A stretch of DNA of 64,000 nt from Parcubacteria group bacterium (GTDB lineage Bacteria; Patescibacteriota; Minisyncoccia; Phycocordibacterales; Zambryskibacteraceae). The stretch is from contig JAQBRH010000002.1 of the NCBI GenBank assembly GCA_028286565.1, positions 17,876-81,875 on the forward strand, in the 5' to 3' direction. A model generated the notes under the pieces. That model worked only from the letters and a program-made list of their open reading frames with translations. It was not told the DNA's origin and ran no database searches. Position 1 is the first letter of the stretch; each line of letters opens with the position of its first letter. The translations under genes were made by a program, and so were the position numbers. This document shows, one piece after another, positions 17,193 to 25,439 of this stretch.

Positions 17193-17771
17193 ATGAACAC
17201 CACCACCCTCCATCACCAGCACAGCAAACTCGAAAAGAAAATTAATTTTACCCCGCGATACGACCGCACTGTGGAGTGGTTCGGAGGTGTGAATTATTCG
17301 AACTTCGACCGGGCCGTGAATGATATCAAATCCCTTCTGCGGGAAAATCCGCGCGAAGAGATCCAGCTCGTTGTCAGTTCGTACGGAGGATCAACGGGGA
17401 TCGGGATGGGATTCTATGATTCGATGACCTCGATCATGAAGCCGCACCTCACCACCATCGGCACAGGCGACGTTGATTCTTCGGGAGTCATCGTCTTCCT
17501 CGCGGGCTCAAAGAGATTCCTCACCAAGAACACGCACCTCCTCCTCCACCTCGGAGGCCGGACCTTCGAAGAAGGCAAGCGATTCTCCACATATGACATC
17601 GAAGACATGCTGAAAGAGAATAAGTTGAAGGATTATCAGTATGCCTGCGTCCTCGCCGATGCGACGGAAGGAAGGTATTCTCCGGAGCGGATCCTCGAGC
17701 TCATGTCGAAGAACACCATTCTCTCGGCCGAAGAAGCCGTCCGCATGGGTCTCGCACACAAAGTGATATAA
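17193..17771 (+). CDS. ClpP-like serine peptidase (S14 family fold), standalone 192-aa paralog 1
   Basis: SSYGGSTGIGMGFYDSM, GTGDVDSSGVIVFLAG, LLLHLGG, AEEAVRMGLAHKVI parallel ClpP blocks (INSPGG..., GxAAS, MIHQP, AEEA..GL.D.I). Confidence 0.6.
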   Translation: MNTTTLHHQHSKLEKKINFTPRYDRTVEWFGGVNYSNFDRAVNDIKSLLRENPREEIQLVVSSYGGSTGIGMGFYDSMTSIMKPHLTTIGTGDVDSSGVIVFLAGSKRFLTKNTHLLLHLGGRTFEEGKRFSTYDIEDMLKENKLKDYQYACVLADATEGRYSPERILELMSKNTILSAEEAVRMGLAHKVI

Positions 17772-17775
17772 CAAA

Positions 17776-17806
17776 AAACCACTCTCGATCGAGTGGTTTT
17801 TATAGA
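17776..17806 (+). terminator. Rho-independent terminator AAAAAACCACTCGATCGAGTGGTTTTT (bidirectional; also follows sortase gene on minus strand)
   Basis: Palindrome CCACTCGATCGAGTGG flanked by A-run and T-run. Confidence 0.75.
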
Positions 17807-17809
17807 GAT

Positions 17810-18520
17810 CTATTTGACCAAGGTCGTATAGACGACGAGCCTCTGGTCATACGTCTTCTGTCCGGGCACCCAATCTCCGGTGCAGGTGACGAGGTTCAAG
17901 TGTATTCCGTCGGCGGATGTGAAGACCGAAGAGGTCGGCACATCCTGATACGGATACAAGATGGCCTCATCCACCCTGAAGTGAAGCGTGGTCCCGTCGC
18001 CTCGGGTGACGTACACATCATCTCCAGGCTTGAGATCTTCGAGGTGTTTGAAAACCCCCGAGAGAGCCAGGCCGTTGTCCACATGGCCGGCCATGACCGC
18101 ACTGCCTATTTCTCCGGGGACGGTTCCGGGTTTGTACCAAGAAACATCCGTGAAGTTATTCGGCGTCGCCATATTACCCTTGGCGTTTATCCCCACATGC
18201 TGGACGTTCGCATCGATCCCTAGAGAGGGGATCGCGAGGCGAGTCGGATAGGCAGACTGGACAACCGGTTTCGGTGCGATGATCGGTTTAGGTTTTGGAG
18301 GTATGACTGCTGTGCTCGGCTTGGTACTTGTAGATGCCGTCACCACTTCTCTTTCTGCAACGGCGATGGTGTTTGCTTCTACTGCTACAGGTGTGAAGGA
18401 GACGGTCCTCGAATCCTCATTGGCCGCATAGAAGACGGATCCGAAAAGGGTATATCCGAAGGTGAGGAGAGCGAGGAGGATGATGCCGATCCCTATTGTT
18501 CTTTTGGTGCTCGTGTTCAT
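17810..18520 (-). CDS. Sortase (class E/F-like transpeptidase)
   Basis: N-terminal TM anchor, conserved AGHVD His region and LNLVTCTGDW (TLxTC catalytic Cys motif). Confidence 0.75.
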   Translation of the reverse strand: MNTSTKRTIGIGIILLALLTFGYTLFGSVFYAANEDSRTVSFTPVAVEANTIAVAEREVVTASTSTKPSTAVIPPKPKPIIAPKPVVQSAYPTRLAIPSLGIDANVQHVGINAKGNMATPNNFTDVSWYKPGTVPGEIGSAVMAGHVDNGLALSGVFKHLEDLKPGDDVYVTRGDGTTLHFRVDEAILYPYQDVPTSSVFTSADGIHLNLVTCTGDWVPGQKTYDQRLVVYTTLVK

Positions 18521-18608
18521 GTAGTGTTGCGTTTACTTTACCAAACAACGGGGCTCGTGAGAGCTCCCGTAGTTCGGCCTAAGAGCGGATGCTCTTTGTT
18601 ATGTGAGG

Positions 18609-19280
18609 TTATCTAGCGTATTTTCGTGTGTAAGCGAGTCCGAGACCTGCGACTGCGATCGATCCGATAAGGAGAGCGATATTAGTCGTGGCTGCTCCTC
18701 CGAATCCGGTGTTAGGAATACCTGGGACCGGAACCGGGACGGGGGTGACTGCTACTCCGCCGACACCGACGACTGCTGGGAGGCCGGTCGAGACTGCGGT
18801 AGCGGGAACTGATGCGGTGTTGATGCTGAACTGGTAGGTGCCTCCTGCTGGAAGGTTCGATGCAATGTTACATTCGATAAGGAGGTTCAGCGCGGTTCCT
18901 CGAGCGATGATCATTGGTGAATCGAATACGATCGAGTTAGCGCCTGATGAGAGGTTCGCGATCGCGTTCGTGCCGCTGTTCAAGTTGTTCGAAGGGGTGA
19001 CAGAGTTCACTGCGTGGCAGCTCGTCAAGCTTGTTGCGGTTCCTCCGTTGCCTGAAGTGAGGACGATCGGAAGGCTGGCGAGGCGGATATCATCTGTTGA
19101 AGCCGTTGCGTCCAATCGAACGTTTGCCAAGACCACGTTTTGAGCTCCGGCGTTGATAGCTGAAGCGACCCCTGCGGTCTGAAGCTGAACAAGAAGGCTA
19201 GGACCGGCGACCTGGGCGCTTGCTCCTGAAGAGAAGGCGAAAAAGGCGGCGATCACTGGGATGATTAAGAGTTTCTTCAT
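18609..19280 (-). CDS. Secreted surface protein with C-terminal sorting signal (IPNTG + hydrophobic segment + RKYAR tail), probable sortase substrate
   Basis: Signal peptide MKKLLIIPVIAAFFAFSSGASA; C-terminal GIPNTGFGG-AATTNIALLIGSIAVAGLGLAY-TRKYAR tripartite cell-wall sorting signal; immediately upstream of sortase in same orientation. Confidence 0.7.
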   Translation of the reverse strand: MKKLLIIPVIAAFFAFSSGASAQVAGPSLLVQLQTAGVASAINAGAQNVVLANVRLDATASTDDIRLASLPIVLTSGNGGTATSLTSCHAVNSVTPSNNLNSGTNAIANLSSGANSIVFDSPMIIARGTALNLLIECNIASNLPAGGTYQFSINTASVPATAVSTGLPAVVGVGGVAVTPVPVPVPGIPNTGFGGAATTNIALLIGSIAVAGLGLAYTRKYAR

Positions 19281-19648
19281 TATAATGATGAGTTAATTAG
19301 ATACTAATCCAAACAAGGCTTCTTACAATTGTATGTGGGTGTTTAAGGCCTTGTTCTTAAATCCAAGAGACGTTGCCCCGCTCTGCTTCTTACAGTGTTT
19401 ATAAGCTCATCCGTGTTGTGGTTTATTCGTCCTCGCATATAATGAAGAAATGAAGAAAGCAGTTTACTCTATCCTCGCTGTCGCTTTGGTACTGCTGCTC
19501 GCCGCCTTTCTCAACGTTCTCGTGGCGGAGAAGCGGGCCACCGCCCCGGTGATCGCTCCGTTTTCCTCGAATTCATCAAACAGCATCTAGGGTTTCTGAG
19601 GCCTCTCTTGTACGGGCTCCTCGGGCGTGTCCGAATATGCTATCCACA

Positions 19649-19677
19649 TAGACTGGTGAACTCGGGTTCACTATACT
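19649..19677 (+). promoter_or_regulatory. Putative SOS promoter with Cheo-type LexA box GTGAAC-TCGG-GTTCAC (19656-19671) between TAGACT (-35-like) and TATACT (-10)
   Basis: Perfect 6-bp inverted repeat containing GAAC-N4-GTTC; TATACT immediately downstream; located 34 nt upstream of small ORF-lexA operon. Confidence 0.6.
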
Positions 19678-19704
19678 GAACAAAGTCAGTTAATCAGCAA
19701 CACC

Positions 19705-19911
19705 ATGAGCAAACACAACGTAGAAAAAATGTTACGAACAGAGCTCGAAGCTCTGAACAACACGATCGACATGAAGATCGTCCGGGGCCAGTCGTACGTG
19801 CGAGAGGCCCGGGCGCACAAGTATCTCTTGGCGAGGATCAGCCAGATGAGGAAGGTCGCTCGCGGCGGATTCTTCCAGAAGCTTTCATTCGTTCCCACTC
19901 TTTTCCTCTAG
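19705..19911 (+). CDS. Small hypothetical protein (68 aa) co-transcribed upstream of lexA
   Basis: ORF ends 3 nt before lexA start; no SD. Confidence 0.4.
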   Translation: MSKHNVEKMLRTELEALNNTIDMKIVRGQSYVREARAHKYLLARISQMRKVARGGFFQKLSFVPTLFL

Positions 19912-19914
19912 CCC

Positions 19915-20484
19915 ATGCAGGAACACACAGACAAAATTCAAAAGATCACCGGTTTCTACAAGAGGCACAAGCGCATGCCCGGCTACCAGGAGATCATGAA
20001 CTTGGTCGGCTTCAAGTCGAAGAACGCGGTCTTTAAGCTGATCAATCGATTGGTCGAAGAGGGGATCGTGAGGAAAGATTCACAAGGCAGGCTCACGCCG
20101 GCCCGAGCCTTTGATGAAGTGCCTCTCCTCGGACTCGTCGAAGCGGGGTTCCCAACGGTTGCCGAGGAAGGTACGGACACGCTTTCGCTTGACGACTATC
20201 TGATCGAGCACAAAGAATCTACGTATCTCCTCGAAGTGAAAGGGGATTCGATGATCGACGAGGGGATCAAAGAAGGCGACCTCGTCATCGCCGAGCGAAA
20301 AGGCGAAGCCAAGGACGGGGACATTGTCATCGCCGAGATCGACGGCGGCTGGACCATGAAATATTTTCGTAAGCGCGGCGGCAAAGTCTACCTCGAAGCC
20401 GCAAACCCGCGTTTCAAACCCATGTATCCAAAATATGATTTCAAGATCGCTGCTATTGTGAAGGGGGTGATCAGGAAGTATTAG
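19915..20484 (+). CDS. lexA: LexA repressor (S24 self-cleaving peptidase)
   Basis: N-terminal wHTH, C-terminal VKGDSMIDEGIKEGD (Ser nucleophile) and GGWTMKYF (Lys) motifs. Confidence 0.85.
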   Translation: MQEHTDKIQKITGFYKRHKRMPGYQEIMNLVGFKSKNAVFKLINRLVEEGIVRKDSQGRLTPARAFDEVPLLGLVEAGFPTVAEEGTDTLSLDDYLIEHKESTYLLEVKGDSMIDEGIKEGDLVIAERKGEAKDGDIVIAEIDGGWTMKYFRKRGGKVYLEAANPRFKPMYPKYDFKIAAIVKGVIRKY

Positions 20485-20569
20485 TGCACCAAACCGGGCA
20501 GCTCATACGTATCTAATATGTAAGCCAATTTTGGCTTTTGTTTTTTAGAAACTGATCAATACCCACACA

Positions 20570-21586
20570 ATGAAAGCACTCAAAACATTATTACTTTCCC
20601 TCATCCTGACCGTACTCGGATTCTCGGCCTATAATCCAATGCATGCCTTTGCCTTTGCCGGAAGCCAGTCGTCGAACTGGTCGGGCTACGTGGCCACGGA
20701 CGGCCCGTACACGGCGGTGAACGGCTCATGGACCGTGCCCGTCGTTCCTCCTTCGAACAGCCACCTCGTCAGCGCCGAATGGATCGGTATAGGAGGTATC
20801 AACTCGACCGACCTTATCCAGATAGGGACCGAAGCGATCTCGGACAACAATTATTCGAGGTACGTCGCCTGGTACGAGATCTTGCCCGCAAACCCGGTCA
20901 CCATTCCCATGGCGGTTCACGGCGGAGATTCAATGACCTCGTCCCTCAACCTCATCGGCCAGGACCTCTGGAGACTGACCATCAAGAACAACACGACCGG
21001 AGAGGATTATTCGACCACTCTTTCATATGCCTCGACCCTCTCATCAGCAGAGTGGATCGAAGAGCGCCCGAAAGACGTTGACCATTTCCTCACGCTCACG
21101 AATTTTGGACGGGTAGACTTCACCGGAAGCACCGCCGTACAGAACGGAGCATTCGTTCCTCTGCGAGACACGAACGCCGGGGCGATGACCATGATCGAAG
21201 GCTCTCGCGTCCTGGCGCGGGCGACGGGATTCAATGCGGACGGGCAAAGTTTCTCCGTCTACCAGCCTGAGAACCCGACTCCATTGCCGATCCCGACCCA
21301 AACTCCCGTAGCGTCCGTAGTCCAGTCTTCTTCTCAAGCCTCCGCGAGGATCATCACGGTTGTCGCCGCTCCGCAGAAAGTGATTGTGTCTCCCGCAGCC
21401 GGCGTGAGCATGCCGAACATGCAGGGCTCGTATGTGACCTATTACACATCCGCCGGTACTCCGATCAGGCTTTACACCGCGGCCGCAAACTCCGCAGTGA
21501 CTAAATCTATAGCGAAGAAAAAGATCGCCCCGCTGAAGAAAGTAATAAAAAAAGCCGTTACTAAAAAAGTTGTAGCGAAAAAATAA
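20570..21586 (+). CDS. Secreted glutamic peptidase, G1 (eqolisin/scytalidoglutamic) family-like, with Lys-rich C-terminal tail
   Basis: Signal peptide; SSNWSGYV near mature N-terminus, LIQIGTEA (candidate catalytic Gln) and SAEWIEERP (candidate catalytic Glu; cf. EWIVED of G1 peptidases); tail KSIAKKKIAPLKKVIKKAVTKKVVAKK; terminator CCCCGC-TTCG-GCGGGG-TTTT at 21590-21612. Confidence 0.55.
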   Translation: MKALKTLLLSLILTVLGFSAYNPMHAFAFAGSQSSNWSGYVATDGPYTAVNGSWTVPVVPPSNSHLVSAEWIGIGGINSTDLIQIGTEAISDNNYSRYVAWYEILPANPVTIPMAVHGGDSMTSSLNLIGQDLWRLTIKNNTTGEDYSTTLSYASTLSSAEWIEERPKDVDHFLTLTNFGRVDFTGSTAVQNGAFVPLRDTNAGAMTMIEGSRVLARATGFNADGQSFSVYQPENPTPLPIPTQTPVASVVQSSSQASARIITVVAAPQKVIVSPAAGVSMPNMQGSYVTYYTSAGTPIRLYTAAANSAVTKSIAKKKIAPLKKVIKKAVTKKVVAKK

Positions 21587-21633
21587 CAACCCCCGCTTCG
21601 GCGGGGTTTTGTGTAGCATAAAAAAGCCGCCTC

Positions 21634-22248
21634 TTATCGAGGCGGCCCCGCAAGGCGGGTGATGAATCGGGCGGCGAACTCGTACTCTTCTTTTTGGAGA
21701 TACCCGATCTGGTGCACCACCGTTCTGACCATATACGCACCTTGGGAAAAATCATAGCGCGTCGAGCCGCTCTGATTCATTGGTTCGTATACTGCACCCT
21801 TGACGAAGGTTGGGGCATATCCGAAGAACATGGCTGCGAGGTCGACGAGCTCTTCCTTATCGTGAAGCGGATGCTTGGTAGAGGTCAGCACCAGATGGGA
21901 CATCTCATGGGCAAGCGCGAATACGATCGCTTCGAACGAAGCTTCGGCAAGGAAGTTTCGCTGGATATGCAAGATCGCGATCCACTCGCTGAAGGCAGGC
22001 GTCCCGTATAATGCCCATGGGGGAGGGAGGGTTATCCAAGCGGGTACATGTTTCTTGCCGCCTGAATTTACATACCCGATCCGAAGCCTCATATCTAACT
22101 TGAGGCTCCGAGCCACCCAAAGCGCCATACCTGAGTGGTCTTTTGCCTCAAGCTTCGTTCGCAAAGGAGCTATGTTCAGAGCGGGCCGGGGCGGACCGTA
22201 ATGTTGCAGGAGACTGAAAAGCCACATCCGTATCTCTCTTTCTCGCAC
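21634..22248 (-). CDS. Hypothetical protein with HExxH metallopeptidase-like motif (FALAHEMSHLV)
   Basis: Single HEMSH motif; hairpin GCCGCCTC-TTAT-GAGGCGGC overlapping stop (21627-21647). Confidence 0.45.
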   Translation of the reverse strand: MREREIRMWLFSLLQHYGPPRPALNIAPLRTKLEAKDHSGMALWVARSLKLDMRLRIGYVNSGGKKHVPAWITLPPPWALYGTPAFSEWIAILHIQRNFLAEASFEAIVFALAHEMSHLVLTSTKHPLHDKEELVDLAAMFFGYAPTFVKGAVYEPMNQSGSTRYDFSQGAYMVRTVVHQIGYLQKEEYEFAARFITRLAGPPR

Positions 22249-22361
22249 AGAGCTCCTTGGCTAGGCGTGTCTGTAATCTATTTAACTCATTTTTTATAGA
22301 ATGTCAATTCGTGCTATGCTATATAGGTAATCCAAATGGTAACTAACCCGTCTGTATACAT

Positions 22362-22835
22362 ATGAACAACGCTGTAAAAATTCTTTTGGGAGCCCTCGCC
22401 CTCGTCCTATTGGTGGTGGTGTGGAAAAGTGCATCGGTCCGGGACAGCCTCAATATCGGAATAGATGAGACTTCGACCACCACCTCTGCAACTTCCACTC
22501 CAAGCATAAACATCGGCCTGAACCAAAACGGCCAGATCAGCGGCCACATCACCCTTTCTCCGGTGTGCCCAGTGGAGAGGATGCCTCCTGATCCGCTGTG
22601 CGCTCCTAAAGGATTTGAAACCACGGTAGTCATTCGATTCTCAGAAGGCAGGGAAGTAGCGAGGATCAAGACTGATACTCAAGGCGAATACAGCGCTTGG
22701 GTGCCGGGAGGCAGAGACTACGATGTCTCTCCAGAGGGCGGAGCGGTCTATCCGCGATGCGAGACCAAGACGGTGAGCGTAAAAGCAGGAGCGAATACCA
22801 TTGCAAATATCTCCTGTGATACGGGAATTCGCTAG
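22362..22835 (+). CDS. Hypothetical secreted protein (N-terminal signal anchor), 157 aa
   Basis: MNNAVKILLGALALVLLVVVW hydrophobic N-terminus. Confidence 0.5.
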   Translation: MNNAVKILLGALALVLLVVVWKSASVRDSLNIGIDETSTTTSATSTPSINIGLNQNGQISGHITLSPVCPVERMPPDPLCAPKGFETTVVIRFSEGREVARIKTDTQGEYSAWVPGGRDYDVSPEGGAVYPRCETKTVSVKAGANTIANISCDTGIR

Positions 22836-22921
22836 GGACCGGTTGAAAGATTCAAGATAGAACCGCGTCTATTGCATATAGAGACCGCGTGCGGTCTTCA
22901 TACTTAATCCATCAACTCATC

Positions 22922-23755
22922 ATGAAAAAGTTACATCCTTATGTCATTGCCGCGCTGTACGCGATCGCGGTCTTCCCGCTCGCGAATCTCGGCGCGGCGA
23001 CCCTTGATAAGTCGAAGATCCAAATTACCGACTGGCCTGTCCAGGTGGACGCTGCGGCTGATACGAACTCAAATACTACTCCAACCTCAAATGCCGGGAG
23101 CGGACAGGGATCATCCGGAAATGTCTCAGGCTCTTCTAATTCATCTGTAAATATGAACGCCGGATCAGGCCGATTTGACCTCAGCTCTGACTCATCCGCA
23201 AGGATCAATGTGAGCGACAGCGAACCCATCAGCATTGATCGGGGAACAGAAAGCCAAACCGCGGATACCGCATCCGTTTCCGGCACTTCGAATTCATCGG
23301 TAACATTTGACCGAGTCTCAACAGAGAATGATCTTAGGTCATTTATGGCTGCGTCGCTTACGAACGATGAAGATCTCCAAGGCATGACCTTCACGAACAA
23401 TGCGGTGGAAGTCTCATACAAAGCTCCGGGCAAGTTCCTCGCCCTTATCCCTATGTATCTCACCACTACCGCCCGAGTCGACGCGAGCGGCGATGTATCC
23501 GTGAGGTATCCGTGGTATAGCTTCCTGGTAAAGAACGATACGAACACCGATCTTGCGACCTCCATCAAAACGGAGATCCAGTCGATGATAAGCGCAAACG
23601 GAGGCACGCTGACCGCGGGACAAGCCGCAGCCATCGCCTCCCGCATCCACGCTATCTTCAAGGGCGATGCGACCGCGCCGAATACAGCTTCGAATGCTTC
23701 GGGCTCATACGGGAACTCAACCTCTACTTCGGCCACGAGCACCTCTGGACGATAA
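22922..23755 (+). CDS. Secreted Ser/Thr/Asn-rich protein, hypothetical (ORF-track start 22889)
   Basis: Signal peptide MKKLHPYVIAALYAIAVFPLANLGAA; long low-complexity S/N/T-rich regions. Confidence 0.55.
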   Translation: MKKLHPYVIAALYAIAVFPLANLGAATLDKSKIQITDWPVQVDAAADTNSNTTPTSNAGSGQGSSGNVSGSSNSSVNMNAGSGRFDLSSDSSARINVSDSEPISIDRGTESQTADTASVSGTSNSSVTFDRVSTENDLRSFMAASLTNDEDLQGMTFTNNAVEVSYKAPGKFLALIPMYLTTTARVDASGDVSVRYPWYSFLVKNDTNTDLATSIKTEIQSMISANGGTLTAGQAAAIASRIHAIFKGDATAPNTASNASGSYGNSTSTSATSTSGR

Positions 23756-24129
23756 CGCTTCCCATTTTGATTTAAAACTCCCCGCAGAGCGGGGAGTTTT
23801 CATATCCACACCCGGCTGGTTGTAGAAGAGCGGGGAGTATGGTATATTGTAGGGGTCAACCTCAGGTGGAAAATGACCAGGCTGCGATGCGGCACTAACC
23901 CTTCTTCCCCTAGAGGATTCAGAAATTCCGAGGATACCCGATCGGCTTTACGGATTGTCTGTCCCTAAAGTTCTTACATACATACGCGAGTGCTGAGCCG
24001 TTATGCCAAACTCTTTTGGCCTTCTCTACTCGTAACCAGGCGTTTTCATTGCTCTTTTACGTACATCAACTTGTATTGTGTTTGCGTTATTTTCTGCGCC
24101 TTACACACCGCATTATTCACTAGCTTATT

Positions 24130-24657
24130 GTGCATATGAAAACTCTCACTGTTGCGGAACAGTTTCAAGAAATATACGAATCCGAACTCGGCGCCATTTA
24201 TCGATTTTGCCTGATGCGAACGTCCGACCCGGAAGTCGCCTCGGACTTCAGCCAGGACGTCTTTCTGCGTTTTTGGAAAGCCTTGCTCGATAATCAGATC
24301 ATTAAAAATCCTCGAAGCTTTCTCTATACGATCGCCCGAAACATTATTATCGACGGATATAGGAAGAAAAAGACCTTATCGCTCGACGCCATCCTTTCGG
24401 ATGCGGGGGATGACAAGTCGGCGGTTGCGTCAACTCATTTGGACGCCATAGAGACCGAATGCGAAGCGGGCCGAGTCACCAAAGGCATGGAAGCTCTGGA
24501 CGAGCCGTATCGACGCGCGCTCCACATGCGCTACATCGAAGGATTGAAGCCTCGAGAGATCGCCACTATTCTCCAGGAATCCGCAAACGTCATCTCTGTC
24601 CGCATATCCCGCGGGGCAGAGCGGCTACGCAGTTCGATGGGCTATGCGAACGCTTAG
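24130..24657 (+). CDS. ECF-type RNA polymerase sigma factor (sigma-70 regions 2 and 4)
   Basis: Region 2 FLYTIARNIIIDGYRKK and region 4 HTH YIEGLKPREIATILQESANVISVRISRGAERLR. Confidence 0.8.
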   Translation: MHMKTLTVAEQFQEIYESELGAIYRFCLMRTSDPEVASDFSQDVFLRFWKALLDNQIIKNPRSFLYTIARNIIIDGYRKKKTLSLDAILSDAGDDKSAVASTHLDAIETECEAGRVTKGMEALDEPYRRALHMRYIEGLKPREIATILQESANVISVRISRGAERLRSSMGYANA

Positions 24658-25403
24658 CGCTTGATGAAAGACTCTACTCCGTCCCACCATCCGTCTCCGT
24701 CAGTGTCGCGCTTGTCTGCATTTGTTTTAACGCACGAAGCGCTTACTCCGACGAACGAGCACTCTTCGACTTCGTCCGGAAGTCCGTCGAGGTCTCGGTC
24801 GTTCACTCTAAAGCGGAGGCGGGCATCGAGTCCGGCCGGGTTGACCTTCGGGTCCTTGGCATCATAGAGCGCATATGTGATCTCGTTGGGAAAGGTGTAC
24901 GAAAGAACTTTCGGTACGCCTTTTTCATCGCGGGAGAAATAGATCACCTGTCGGACGAGTGCGCGGGCGAGGTCGGAGGTCTCCGTATGGAAGGATGTCG
25001 AGAGGATGATCTGCTTTGCATCGAACAACATGTGCGTAAAGTCCGCTTCCTTGAATGTGGAACCTATGTCGTATGCGGAATCCATCAGCTTGTTGCATTC
25101 GGCCGTTTTTGCCTTGTCCGCGCAGGTGGTGGAAAGTTCTTGAGTGACGGTCTTTACTCCGCTGATGTCGTGTTTATGAAGGAAGCCCAGATACGTCTGG
25201 AATACGCCCCATGCCTCATGGGCGAGAGCTTTGTCCGCGCCGCCTGCGAGCGTCGGGATCTCCGTCGGGGTGAAGGAAGACTCCGGTGTCTGCGCAGCCG
25301 TTGTGGCTCGGCTTGTAAGAAAGTTTAATTTGCCCGTCCTATACGAATAGCCGGCGAATCCGACGAGAGCGAGAACGATGACCGCGATGATTATTTTTTT
25401 CAT
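24654..25403 (-). CDS. Secreted protein with C-terminal Ca-binding Asp-rich repeat (DTDGDGWWDGVE, thrombospondin-type-3-like), hypothetical
   Basis: Signal anchor MKKIIIAVIVLALVGFAGYSY; DxDxDG motif. Confidence 0.5.
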   Translation of the reverse strand: MKKIIIAVIVLALVGFAGYSYRTGKLNFLTSRATTAAQTPESSFTPTEIPTLAGGADKALAHEAWGVFQTYLGFLHKHDISGVKTVTQELSTTCADKAKTAECNKLMDSAYDIGSTFKEADFTHMLFDAKQIILSTSFHTETSDLARALVRQVIYFSRDEKGVPKVLSYTFPNEITYALYDAKDPKVNPAGLDARLRFRVNDRDLDGLPDEVEECSFVGVSASCVKTNADKRDTDGDGWWDGVESFIKR

Positions 25404-25439
25404 GAGATTAATTATATCAAGGTCGATCCCGCCCATCCG

